Shown here piece by piece: positions 20,671 to 30,904 of a stretch of 64,000 nt of DNA (position 1 is its first letter; the number at the start of each line of letters is the position of its first letter). Below the pieces are notes generated by a model. It was given only the letters and a program-made list of their open reading frames with translations, was not told where the DNA came from and ran no database searches. Origin of the DNA: Candidatus Endomicrobiellum glyptotermitis (lineage in GTDB: Bacteria > Elusimicrobiota > Endomicrobiia > Endomicrobiales > Endomicrobiaceae); assembly GCA_031267715.1 (NCBI GenBank), contig JAIRYQ010000001.1:30127-94126 (forward strand), in the 5' to 3' direction. A program made the translations under genes and the position numbers.

Positions 20671-21327
20671 ATGATGGACCCTAATGCTAATGGTGAAAAG
20701 CAAGTTGAAAAAAGTTTAAAGAGGAAAATCGGCACTTTAATTAAGATGTATTTTGTTATGGGGTTGATTGTCGTCATACCCCTTTGGCTTACATTTTTTA
20801 TAGTAACCATTATTTTTAATTGGATAAGTAGTTTTGCCTTGCCCGTAACTAACTATTTTGTTCCTGACACATTTTTAACTCATGTCATAACGAGGATTTT
20901 GAGCTTTTTTATTTCAATTTTAGGTGTAATAATCTTAGGGTTTGTTGCGGACAGGGTTTTTGGGAAGAGTGTTTTGAGTTACGTAGAAAAACTTGTTAAA
21001 AAATTACCTGTTTTAGGAGCGATTCATTCCGCGGCAAAGCGATTTGTAAGTTTTATATTTGGTAAAGATGGTGCTAAGAAGTTTAAGAAAGTTGTTTTTG
21101 TCCCTTATCCAAATAAAGAAGTTTACAGTGTAGCTTTTTTAACGAGTGAATATGTAATTAATGGTGAGAAATATGTTTGCGCTTTTATGCCTACAACTCC
21201 AAACCCTACGACAGGTTTTTTATTGCTATTTAAAGAAAAAGAAGTAATTTATACTAATTATAGTGTAGAGCAGGCACTTCAGTTTATTATTTCAGTTGGG
21301 GTAGTAAATATCGATGACGGAAAATAA
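20671..21327 (+). CDS. DUF502 family membrane protein
   Basis: GLIVVIPLWLT, LPVLGAIHS and FMPTTPNPTTGFL. Confidence 0.88.
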   Translation: MMDPNANGEKQVEKSLKRKIGTLIKMYFVMGLIVVIPLWLTFFIVTIIFNWISSFALPVTNYFVPDTFLTHVITRILSFFISILGVIILGFVADRVFGKSVLSYVEKLVKKLPVLGAIHSAAKRFVSFIFGKDGAKKFKKVVFVPYPNKEVYSVAFLTSEYVINGEKYVCAFMPTTPNPTTGFLLLFKEKEVIYTNYSVEQALQFIISVGVVNIDDGK

Positions 21328-21369
21328 TAGTAAAAAACAAGTTTGATTAAAAAATAGAGGGATTTCGGA

Positions 21370-23013
21370 ATGAGAGCCAAAGCACCGCGCGGCACACATG
21401 ATATTTTTGGAACATGCGCTGCACGGATGAATCTGCTGGAACAAAAGGCAAGAGATATTTTTATGAGGAGCGGATTTGAGGAAATAAGAACTCCAATATT
21501 TGAAGACGCTTCTCTCTTCATACGTTCTGTTGGAGAAATGACTGATATAGTAGAAAAAGAGATGTATGTTTTTGAAGATAAAAAGAGAAGAAAACTTGTC
21601 TTACGTCCTGAAGGCACCGCGCCTATAGTAAGAGCTTTTATTGAGCATAGAATGGACATTTTAAGATCTATAGGTAAATTTTTTTATGCAGGGGAAATGT
21701 TTCGCTATGAAAGACCACAAGCTGGTAGATATAGGCAGTTCCATCAAATAGGAGCCGAATTTTTTGGTGTTTCATCTCCTGTTGCGGATGTGGAAATTAT
21801 CTTGCTTGTTTGTGACTTACTTCGTTCTGTTGGTATAAGTGAAGTAAAAGTGCGTTTAAATTCTTTAGGTTGTCAGAAGTGCAGACCTGTTTTTAAAGAA
21901 GAATTAGTTAAATACTTAGCTTCTGAAGAAGGTTTGTGTGAAGATTGTCTAAAAAGACTTAAAAATAATCCTTTAAGAGTTCTTGATTGTAAAATAGATT
22001 CGCATAAGTTTAATTATGCTCCTAAAATGTCATGTTACTTATGCAATGAATGCAGGGGTGATTTTGATTTGCTGCGGTCTTTGCTTGACGTCCTGAAGTG
22101 CGATTATAATGTTGACAATAAACTTGTAAGAGGATTAGATTACTATACGAAGACTGTTTTTGAAATTTATTCATCAAATTCTGCGATTATTGCATCGGTT
22201 GGGAGAGACTGTAAGGTTAAGACAGATACGGAGGATGATATTATAACTCATGTGTCTAAGTATGCGCATTTTAACTGCTTCAGTTGTCTTGATGTAAATC
22301 ATTCCGTTGTACTCGCGGCAGGTGGAAGATACGATAATCTTGTTGAAGAACTGGGTGGAGAAAGCACTCCAGCTGTTGGGTTTGCTCTTGGATCTGAAAG
22401 AGTCTTAATTGCTGCGGGAAGCAACTCAACGCTTTTTAATAAGATTAGAGAAATAGTTGTTAAAGTACTCTTTGAAATGCAAAAAAACTCAATACCTCTC
22501 AATGAAAAGGAAATAAGTGATTTATTTAAAGAAGTTTCAGTTGTTGCGCTAAATTCAATGCTTATCAATAAAAAGGGAATAGACGATCTGTTTAAAATGG
22601 TTCTAGATGATGTGCAAAATTCGCAGCCTGATAAACTTGCTGGATGTAGTGGAAAGTTTTTAGATGAAAATTTCGATAAACTTAAAGAAGTTTTAGCTAC
22701 TGTGCAAAATCCGGCAATTTTCAATAGTCTTCAAGAAGAGAAGATTTGCGTAGCAATTGCAGACCGAGAACTTATCAGAGAAGCTTTTTTATTTGCAGTA
22801 AAAATTAGAAGAGATGGATTAAAAAATAATAAAAATGTTTCCGTTTTTTATCCTATTTATGATAAAACCTTAACATGGCAATTAAAATTCGCAGATAAGA
22901 TAGGAGCTTATAAAACGATAATTTTTTCTAAAACAGAATTTGAAAAAGGTAAGGTTTTAGTAAAGAATATGAAAGAAAAAATACAAACACAAGTTTCTAT
23001 AGATGAACTTTAA
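21370..23013 (+). CDS. hisS: Histidyl-tRNA synthetase with two large insertions
   Basis: PRGTHD, KEMYVF, LRPEGTA, FRYERPQAGRYRQFHQ, RGLDYY, GGRYD and GFALGSER. Length 547 aa. Confidence 0.95.
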   Translation: MRAKAPRGTHDIFGTCAARMNLLEQKARDIFMRSGFEEIRTPIFEDASLFIRSVGEMTDIVEKEMYVFEDKKRRKLVLRPEGTAPIVRAFIEHRMDILRSIGKFFYAGEMFRYERPQAGRYRQFHQIGAEFFGVSSPVADVEIILLVCDLLRSVGISEVKVRLNSLGCQKCRPVFKEELVKYLASEEGLCEDCLKRLKNNPLRVLDCKIDSHKFNYAPKMSCYLCNECRGDFDLLRSLLDVLKCDYNVDNKLVRGLDYYTKTVFEIYSSNSAIIASVGRDCKVKTDTEDDIITHVSKYAHFNCFSCLDVNHSVVLAAGGRYDNLVEELGGESTPAVGFALGSERVLIAAGSNSTLFNKIREIVVKVLFEMQKNSIPLNEKEISDLFKEVSVVALNSMLINKKGIDDLFKMVLDDVQNSQPDKLAGCSGKFLDENFDKLKEVLATVQNPAIFNSLQEEKICVAIADRELIREAFLFAVKIRRDGLKNNKNVSVFYPIYDKTLTWQLKFADKIGAYKTIIFSKTEFEKGKVLVKNMKEKIQTQVSIDEL

Positions 23014-23039
23014 AAGTTTGGCTTGTGGTTTTTTATGTA

Positions 23040-24770
23040 TCAGGTAGCTGAGTATAGAATGGTCTATTGCTGTAGTTAAGTTTTTTATTAAGAACGTGTA
23101 TAAAAATTCCTAACAGCTCTTTTGTCCCCTGGTGATTTATATCCATGTTGTATGTATCTTTGTTCTTACTGGGCTTTTTTGTAATTCCCACTTACCTCTC
23201 ACAATCTTTGAGATGTGACTTTCTTAAAAACTTCATAATACAATATTCCCATGAGCATTTATGATAGAATATTGTTCATGTACAAATTGCTGCGACACTA
23301 CTCACAATAACAACTATGATGGTAAACGCTATATATAATATTAGTGATTTTGTGATTTTCATATTTGAAGATATACTTAATAAGTATATCAATCCGACAT
23401 CCATGTCGATGACATAACCACTAATTACGCGCAAACTAATATTTGATCTGGTAAATCAATAAATTTAAGCATTTTATTAAAATTGTCTCTCCTTTTAATC
23501 TCGAGGGGAATTGTACAAAAAAGTCAAAAGAGCGATTTATATATTTCTAACTCTAATCCTTTTGGATGGGGATGTACACACTTCAGACGTAAGAATAAGA
23601 GTGGATTTAATCCATAAATAGAGAGGAGAGACAGTTAATAAACGAAATGACAAGGCAGAAGATAGCGATGATATATGGGTTTAGCCTGTTTAATAAATAA
23701 AAAAAAACAATTCTTGACAAGGTTATCTATCAAGAATTGAATGTTAAACGTCTACAGAAATTTTCATTACATATTCGTTCTTAAGATACAGCCAGAGAGT
23801 CCTTATTAATTTAGCGATTCTTTATTGTGGGATGTGGTAACAAATGGGCCTATAACAACACCACACAAACCATACGAGGATTATTAGCATTAAGCTCTAT
23901 CCTCGCGATAATCACAAAACACCGAAACATGTTTTTCGCAATTGCAAAAAAGATAGACTATCAAATCTTCTTAGTGGCGAAAGGGAGAGGGCGAACAAAT
24001 CCTTCTATCAACCTATTTGTAAATAAGTTGAATATGTTATAATATGATTTATTGCGATTCTCGCAGTGTTTTTTTTGACTTAACTACATCCGTATTTCTA
24101 TTAAAAGCTCCTAAATTAATCTCTTCAAAATTGTTTTAATTCTTTCTATATTTTTGTAACAACTAAAACTTTTGTGTTTCGCTTCCTATGATTTATTCTT
24201 TTGTAGAGCTGTAATTAATCAGTGCAAAGCCACAGACAATCATACTTTCTACAAGTTGAAAGTAATAAAAAAAGCTAAAAAGCAATTAAGGAATTTTCTT
24301 CATTTTTTATTTATTCTCTTCTCCCTACACCAATATTATTTTTATATTTTTTGGTAACGGTTTTAATCTATATAGGCACCATTTGTGCATAGAGCTTTTA
24401 CCAAGCTCTTTACAGAGATCGCTATATACTTAACATTTACTATGTTTAGTAACACCTGTAGCAATATTTTTTTTCTATGGGTTAATAAAACAAAAGTTCG
24501 CCTTGAGCTTTTAAACACAAAAATCTCATTAGTATAAAGGATTATAAGCGTTCCTCGTATTTTTCGTTTTTCTATTATGACATCTTCAAAAAAAATATAT
24601 TTGCAGACTTATTGCAGGCTTCCTTAGCATCCTCACAATCTGCCTTGCCCCTTTTTATAAGGCATCTTCCTTATCATCATTATTTTCTCTCGCCATTCCA
24701 CGTTATGGGGGGTAGGGAAACATAAAATGAAACAATCGCCATCATTTTCCCATTTCACCTCCTATTAAAT
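23040..24770 (-). pseudogene. Tract of unidentifiable eroded minus-strand genes
   Basis: RBS plus start relics: AGGAGGTGAA-ATG near 24763, AAGGAGA...ATG near 23472, and an MKKFL...LLLSTC lipoprotein-like start near 24300. All are followed by stop-riddled frames. Confidence 0.4.
23695..23739 (-). terminator. Intrinsic terminator-like hairpin
   Basis: caattcttga/tcaagaattg 10-bp arms (23708-23739), followed on the minus strand by a long T run. Confidence 0.55.
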
Positions 24771-24912
24771 ATTACAGCTTATTTTCTGAAAAATTTTAAA
24801 AGAGCAATAAAAAAGCAAAGACTCTATAATCTGCAATAAATAATATAAAAATAAGGTGCTTTATTTTATATACACAGACCCTTTTAAGCAAATTTATGTA
24901 TTAAAACAGTTT

Positions 24913-26286
24913 TTAAAGGTATTTTGATAAATACTTTTTTGCAAACTTTAATAGCTCTTCATGTAATAAGCAATTGCTTCTTCCGTCTTTATAAAGCTTA
25001 ACTACTTCTTCTTTAATTTTTACTATGGACGGATCGTTTTTGTCTAGTTTTTCTCGTGAATTTCTGAGCTTTGGAAGCTGTGTATTGTACCAATATGCTA
25101 TCCCCGCTAGTCCGGCTCTGTCAGTAATAGCAACTTCTGGCGGTCTATCTAAGATAGTGTCAGTATCAAATACGCTATATATTTCTTGTTCTTTAAGTAA
25201 TCCATCGGCATGTATTCCAGCTTTTGTTATATTAAAGTTTGATCCAACAAAAGGTTGATTTGGCGGAATATCGTATTTTAGTTCATTTTTAAAGTATTGT
25301 GCTATTTCAGTAATGGTGGATAAATCCATTCCGTTTGTTGTTCCTCTTAAAGCAGTGTATTCTATAGCGAGTGCTTCAACTGGGGTATTACCTGTTCTTT
25401 CTCCTATACCTAGGAGTGTTCCGTTAATTCCAGCGCATCCGTAAAGCCACGCGCTTGTAGAATTTGCTAAGGCTCTGTAGAAATCATTATGCCCATGCCA
25501 TTCAATATACTTCGATGGAACTCCTGCATGGTGAGTTAAACCGTATATTATTCCGTTAATGTTTCTTGGCATAGAAGCTCCTGGGTAACTTACGGCAAAA
25601 CCTAAAGTATCACAAGCTCTTATTTTTATTGGAATTTTAGCTTCTTGAGAAAGTCTCATAAGCTCAATTGCAAACGGAACTACAAAACCATAAAAATCTG
25701 CTCTTGTTATGTCTTCAAAGTGACAGTGTGGTATAATGTTCTTAGATAGGGCAGCTTTGATTATATCTAAATACATATTCATAGCTTCTTTACGTGTTTT
25801 CTTCAATTTTAAAAAGATGTGATAATCTGAACACGATGTTAAAATGCCTGTTTCTTTAAGTCCAATTTCTTTTACAAGTTCGAAATCGCTTTTTGTGGCT
25901 CTTATCCACGCAGTGATCTGAGGAAAATCATAGCCCAGTTCTTTACATTTATCTACAGCTTTTCTGTCCTTTTCAGAATAAAGGAAGAACTCAGATTGCT
26001 TTATCATACCATTTGGTCCGCCTAGCTTGTGAAGATATTTGTAAAGTTGGACTATTTGCTTTACGCTAAAAGGATTCATTGCCTGTTGACCATCGCGGAA
26101 TGTAGTGTCCGTAATCCATATTTGATCAGCTAGGTTCATAGGAACGACTTCATTATTAAAAGAAATCTTTGGAATCTCTGTATATGGAAACGTTTCTCTA
26201 AAAAGATTGGGTTTACTTACGTCTTGAAGCTTAAAGTGGCATTTTACAGACTCAAGTCGGTTTGTGCGTTTATTAAGAGTAAGCAT
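24913..26286 (-). CDS. Re-citrate synthase (DRE-TIM, isopropylmalate/homocitrate synthase superfamily)
   Basis: FPYTEIPKI, ITDTTFRDGQQ, SEFFLY, SCSDYHIF, HFEDITRADFYGFVVP, EWHGHNDF and AGIHADG closely follow clostridial Re-citrate synthase as I recall it. There is no LeuA regulatory domain. Confidence 0.8.
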   Translation of the reverse strand: MLTLNKRTNRLESVKCHFKLQDVSKPNLFRETFPYTEIPKISFNNEVVPMNLADQIWITDTTFRDGQQAMNPFSVKQIVQLYKYLHKLGGPNGMIKQSEFFLYSEKDRKAVDKCKELGYDFPQITAWIRATKSDFELVKEIGLKETGILTSCSDYHIFLKLKKTRKEAMNMYLDIIKAALSKNIIPHCHFEDITRADFYGFVVPFAIELMRLSQEAKIPIKIRACDTLGFAVSYPGASMPRNINGIIYGLTHHAGVPSKYIEWHGHNDFYRALANSTSAWLYGCAGINGTLLGIGERTGNTPVEALAIEYTALRGTTNGMDLSTITEIAQYFKNELKYDIPPNQPFVGSNFNITKAGIHADGLLKEQEIYSVFDTDTILDRPPEVAITDRAGLAGIAYWYNTQLPKLRNSREKLDKNDPSIVKIKEEVVKLYKDGRSNCLLHEELLKFAKKYLSKYL

Positions 26287-26482
26287 TTTAAATACCTCTT
26301 GTAATTCAGATGTATACTGTCAACAACTAATTTGTATATGATCAATTGCTTAACGGCGATCCAAAATATCCTACTAACAAAAAAGCTCATACTTTCTACT
26401 ACACATAGAGAAACTCCAAAAACACACAAGTAGGCGATAGTTGGTATTTATGATCGGTTTTTTGGGTTATGCTAGTGTGAAT

Positions 26483-27670
26483 TTAATCTTTTAAGATTGT
26501 TATTAATCTATCAATACCCTTTTTGATATTTTCAATGGAAGTCGCGTAAGAGAGTCTTATGTGTCCTTCGGTTCCGAATGCTGATCCTGGAATAACTGAG
26601 ACTTTAGCTATGTCTAGCAGGTAATCCGCAAACTCTATGTCTGTATTAATGATTCTGTTTCTAAAAGCCTTTCCTAAAACAGACTTAATATTAGGGAAAA
26701 CGTAAAATGCCCCTTCTGGTTTTCTACATGCTATGCCTTTTATATTGTTAAGTCTTTCAACCATGTAATTTCTTCTTTTTTCGAATTCTTGTTTCATATA
26801 CTCAACATACTCTTGAGTACCGTTTAGTGCCTCTACAGAAGCTTTAATTGAAATCGATGAAGCATTTGAAGTTGACTGACTTTGTACTTTTGCCATCGCA
26901 GAAATAATATTTTTAGGTCCTGCCGCATAACCTATTCTCCACCCCGTCATTGAATAAGCTTTTGAAACTCCATTCACTATAATAGTAAGTTCTTTTGCCT
27001 CTGGACAAATTTCTGCAATAGATGTAAATTTGAAGCTGTCATATATTAGTTTTTCGTATATGTCATCTGATATTATGAGAATTTTATTTTTTACGCATAT
27101 CTTAGCTATTACTTTTAACTCATCAGTAGTATACGTTGTACCTGTAGGATTTGATGGGGAATTGACTATGATGGCTTTTGTTTTTGAAGTTAAAGCTTTT
27201 TCTATTCCTTCCGGGGTTATTTTAAAATCGGTTTTATCATTTGTTTGGACTATCACAGGAGTTCCCCCAGCAAGTATAATCATGTCTGTATAGGAAACCC
27301 AGAAAGGCGCTGGAACTATAACCTCGTCTCCGCAGTCAATTATTGATTGAAAAATATTGTAGATAGAGTGCTTGGCTCCACATGAAACTATAATTTCCTC
27401 AGGAGAATATATAAGGTTATTATCCCTTTTGAGTTTACTTATAATCGCATCTTTCAACTCTGGAGTACCGGCGACTGGGCAGTATTTTGTAAAACCTGAA
27501 TTTATTGCTAAAATAGCCGCTTCCTTTATATTGATGGGCGTATCAAAATCAGGCTCGCCTACGCCGAAATTGATAATATCTACTCCTTGCTGTTTAAGTG
27601 CCTTTGCTTTTGCGTCTATTGTTAGTGTTGGAGATGGTTTTATTGATTGTACTCTCTTTGAGATTTGCAT
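26483..27670 (-). CDS. aspC: Aspartate aminotransferase (class I PLP)
   Basis: GEPDFDTP, NSPSNPTG, SDDIYE and SKAYSMTGWRIGY. Confidence 0.9.
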   Translation of the reverse strand: MQISKRVQSIKPSPTLTIDAKAKALKQQGVDIINFGVGEPDFDTPINIKEAAILAINSGFTKYCPVAGTPELKDAIISKLKRDNNLIYSPEEIIVSCGAKHSIYNIFQSIIDCGDEVIVPAPFWVSYTDMIILAGGTPVIVQTNDKTDFKITPEGIEKALTSKTKAIIVNSPSNPTGTTYTTDELKVIAKICVKNKILIISDDIYEKLIYDSFKFTSIAEICPEAKELTIIVNGVSKAYSMTGWRIGYAAGPKNIISAMAKVQSQSTSNASSISIKASVEALNGTQEYVEYMKQEFEKRRNYMVERLNNIKGIACRKPEGAFYVFPNIKSVLGKAFRNRIINTDIEFADYLLDIAKVSVIPGSAFGTEGHIRLSYATSIENIKKGIDRLITILKD

Positions 27671-27758
27671 TTTATTTCCTCTTTCTTATGTTGTCTGTAA
27701 AAAAACATCACTAACTACCTAGTTTTGACAATTAATTACGGGTTTTAGGATGTTCTAT

Positions 27759-27786
27759 TTGACAACCTCCTACCGGATTTTATATT
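27759..27786 (+). promoter_or_regulatory. Putative sigma70 promoter of rplU-rpmA-obgE
   Basis: TTGACA (27759-27764), a 16-nt spacer, then TATATT. Confidence 0.4.
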
Positions 27787-27811
27787 ACTATAGACTAAAG
27801 AGGTGTGTCAA

Positions 27812-28126
27812 ATGTACGCAATTATTAAAACAGGCGGGAAGCAGTACAAAGTGGAGGAAGGTTCTAGTTTAGTGGTGGATAAGATTGATGAGGCAAAAAA
27901 AAGTCAGAAAATTGTGATTAAAGAAGTGTTGTTGTTTTCAGATGGGCAGAAAACTTTAGTTGGGAGACCTATGGTTGAGGGTGTAAGTGTGACAGCAAAA
28001 GTTATCTCTCAAAAAAGAGCTCGGAAGATTTTAGTATTTAAAAAGAAGCCTAAAAAGGGATACAAGAAACTTCAAGGACATCGTCAGTATTTAACAGAAT
28101 TAGAAATTACGAGAATTAGTGTTTAA
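27812..28126 (+). CDS. rplU: 50S ribosomal protein L21
   Basis: [14 protein letters not shown]...GHRQ. Confidence 0.97.
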   Translation: MYAIIKTGGKQYKVEEGSSLVVDKIDEAKKSQKIVIKEVLLFSDGQKTLVGRPMVEGVSVTAKVISQKRARKILVFKKKPKKGYKKLQGHRQYLTELEITRISV

Positions 28127-28155
28127 AAAGGTTCACACTAGGAGGGGGTATTGAA

Positions 28156-28404
28156 ATGGCGCATGTCAAAGCGCAAGGGTCGTCTACTAATGGGCGGAAT
28201 TCGCGTGGCCAAAGATTGGGTGTGAAAATTTATGGCAATCAAAAAGCCTCTGCAGGTGCTATTATAGTGCGACAGAGAGGGACAAAATATCATCCTGGAA
28301 TAAATGTGGGAATCGGCAAGGATGATACTATTTTTGCAAAAGTTGCTGGGCTTGTTAAATTTGTCAGAAAGTCCGGTGGTAGATGTTATGTAAATGTGGA
28401 ATGA
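28156..28404 (+). CDS. rpmA: 50S ribosomal protein L27
   Basis: [24 protein letters not shown] and IIVRQRGT. Confidence 0.97.
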   Translation: MAHVKAQGSSTNGRNSRGQRLGVKIYGNQKASAGAIIVRQRGTKYHPGINVGIGKDDTIFAKVAGLVKFVRKSGGRCYVNVE

Positions 28405-28427
28405 TAAAATCAAAGATTATTGCATAA

Positions 28428-29687
28428 ATGTTTATAGATAAGGTCACCATTTCTCTCATAGCTGGGCGCGGTGGTGATGGATGCGTTTCGTTTAGAAGGG
28501 AAAAATATGTCCCCCATGGGGGGCCTGATGGCGGCAATGGTGGTAGGGGTGGCGATGTTTATTTTGAATGCGACGCTCATAAGACTACTCTGTTGGATTT
28601 ATCTTACACGCCAAAATTTAAAGCAGAGGATGGACAAAGGGGCCTATCCAATAATAAGTTTGGAAAGTCTGGTAAAGATTTAATACTGAAAGTTCCCAAA
28701 GGAACTTTGGTTTTTAGGAGTGGGAGGTTTTACGCTGATTTAAGAACGACGAATGAAAGAATTTTAGTCGTTAAGGGTGGTAGAGGTGGTAGGGGGAATG
28801 CTTCTTTTAAGACAGCGAGATATACGGCTTCTAGAATATCTGAGAAAGGCGAGCCCGGTGAGGCTGCGGATATAAACCTCGAGCTTCTTTTGATTGCAGA
28901 AGTTGGACTTATAGGTCTTCCTAGTTCCGGAAAATCCACTCTTTTGTCGCGGATTTCAGCCGCAAGGCCTAAGATAGCAGATTATCCTTTCACGACCTTA
29001 ACTCCTAATCTAGGCGTTGTTGTCCATAGGGGTAAGAGTTTTGTGGTTGCTGATATTCCAGGAATAATTGAAGGAGCTCATAGAGGCAGAGGGCTTGGGT
29101 TTGAGTTTTTAAGACATATAAGACGGACAAATATTCTTGTGTATATTATAGATGCAAGCGCTTCTGACGGCAATGAACCTTATGTAAGTTATAAGGTGAT
29201 TAGTGATGAATTAAAGAGGTATTCAAAGTATCTTGTAGAGAAGCATGTCATAATAGCCTTGAACAAAATTGATTTACCGGGTTGCCAAGAGCGTATCAAA
29301 AAATTTAGAGAACATTTAAAAAATAAGAAGATATTTGAGATTTCCGCTGTAACTGGAGATGGTGTTGATGAATTAATTACGAAAATGGTGAAAATGCTAA
29401 AAAAGCCGCTTGCTTTTAGATTTGAAGAAGAGATAGAAGAAATTTCTGTTAAGAAATACATTTATCAACCTGAATTTCAAGTTAATATTGAAAATGGCAT
29501 TTTTATAGTTACTGGGAGTAAGATCGAAACATTTACCAGAATGACGAAGTTTAATGAGGATGAAGCATTAAGACGTTATCAAAACATAGTAAAGAAAATG
29601 GGTTTGGAAATTGAGCTTAAAAAGATGGGTGCTAAGTCTGGTGATACGGTTAAAATCGGTGATTTTGAATTTACCTTTGAGAAATAG
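28428..29687 (+). CDS. obgE: GTPase ObgE/CgtA
   Basis: Gly-rich Obg fold, GKSTL, DYPFTT, DIPG and NKID, plus a C-terminal domain. Confidence 0.97.
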   Translation: MFIDKVTISLIAGRGGDGCVSFRREKYVPHGGPDGGNGGRGGDVYFECDAHKTTLLDLSYTPKFKAEDGQRGLSNNKFGKSGKDLILKVPKGTLVFRSGRFYADLRTTNERILVVKGGRGGRGNASFKTARYTASRISEKGEPGEAADINLELLLIAEVGLIGLPSSGKSTLLSRISAARPKIADYPFTTLTPNLGVVVHRGKSFVVADIPGIIEGAHRGRGLGFEFLRHIRRTNILVYIIDASASDGNEPYVSYKVISDELKRYSKYLVEKHVIIALNKIDLPGCQERIKKFREHLKNKKIFEISAVTGDGVDELITKMVKMLKKPLAFRFEEEIEEISVKKYIYQPEFQVNIENGIFIVTGSKIETFTRMTKFNEDEALRRYQNIVKKMGLEIELKKMGAKSGDTVKIGDFEFTFEK

Positions 29688-29755
29688 TATATTAATTTTT
29701 GGTCTGTATTATACAGCCGTTTTATAAAGTTTTCATAAGTTTGATGTAGAAATTT

Positions 29756-30061
29756 CTATTCTTTAGTTTGGAACCTGTACTCTATCTCGCCAGGAGCTAT
29801 AACACTTAGCTCGCTGCGCACTATTCTTTCCAAGTGAGACGGTTCATTTTCAAGGTAGTATGTGCGTTCTTTTATCAACTTGTTTTGTCTCTTTGCATTT
29901 TCGATGCTTTCGTTTAATTTTTTTTGTTCAAAAAAATGTCTTACAAGGGTTCTGTTATCTTTGTCAAAAGTTAGAATCAGCAAAATACCACCAAAGATTA
30001 TATAGCGGATCTTGACCTTTTTCATCATACGCTTCGTAAGTTTACGCATCAGTAAAGACAA
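29756..30061 (-). CDS. Septum formation initiator (FtsB/DivIC family)
   Basis: TM segment, coiled coil and LERIVRSELSVIAPGE motif. Confidence 0.75.
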   Translation of the reverse strand: MSLLMRKLTKRMMKKVKIRYIIFGGILLILTFDKDNRTLVRHFFEQKKLNESIENAKRQNKLIKERTYYLENEPSHLERIVRSELSVIAPGEIEYRFQTKE

Positions 30062-30148
30062 ACTCCCTTCACCGTTTTCTTTTAGGTTCAGATTATCACC
30101 AAACCTACGTTGTTTTCATACGGAAGTCAAAAAACTTGCAAAAATTAT

Positions 30149-30562
30149 TTACTTGATGAACATTTTAAAAAACTCAGCGGAAAATTCCCTTGCAAGCAAG
30201 CTATTATTCGATACTATTTCAACTTTTACATCGTTGTTTTCCACTTCAGTTACAAAAATACATACTTCTGTTGAAGCTAGACAACAACCAAAACTCTTTG
30301 AAAAATTAGAAGCAACTATATATCCAGTTTTAAAACTTCTATGCGTGACAGTTGCTTTGAACTTTTCTAATATATCTAGGCTTTTAATAAAACAAACACC
30401 TTTAGATGCTCTAAAAACTGTACTAAATCTTCCAGCTTTTTCATTTTTAAATTTTTCAATAGAAAAACCTAATATCCGACTTGAATAATTTAAAACCGAA
30501 CATGACGCTAAGAACGGAATCGATACAGCCAAAACTGATACAAGAAAAAACCGCATTCCCAC
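30149..30562 (-). CDS. Hypothetical lipoprotein
   Basis: Signal peptide with lipobox LASC in a 137-aa clean ORF. Confidence 0.6.
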   Translation of the reverse strand: MGMRFFLVSVLAVSIPFLASCSVLNYSSRILGFSIEKFKNEKAGRFSTVFRASKGVCFIKSLDILEKFKATVTHRSFKTGYIVASNFSKSFGCCLASTEVCIFVTEVENNDVKVEIVSNNSLLAREFSAEFFKMFIK

Positions 30563-30904
30563 TACTTGAATTGTAACAAATCATTTTTACTAAGTAAACC
30601 AAAACATAAAACATGCAATAGGAGATTGTTATTTATTTAAACTGAAATATTTAATTACGGTAATAATGTAAATATAAATAACTCATAAAAATATCTGATT
30701 TTGGGAATGTTTTGGTTTGTATAATTATTTATCAAAAATTTTAGGGGGGTATTTTGGCATTGGTATTAATTTTTATGTTTATTGTATATTTAAAGAGAGA
30801 AAGCTTACAGCTAGACAATAAATATATTTATTTAATGTGGAGTGGTATATGTTTCTTTTTAATTTTAAAATGAGCTATAAATTTTTTCGAAAGAATATAA
30901 GTAA

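Noticed and set aside
23240-23475. TauE/SafE-like membrane protein relic (VISGYVIDMDVG...HGNI)
   Set aside because: Similarity is too weak to assign without a search.
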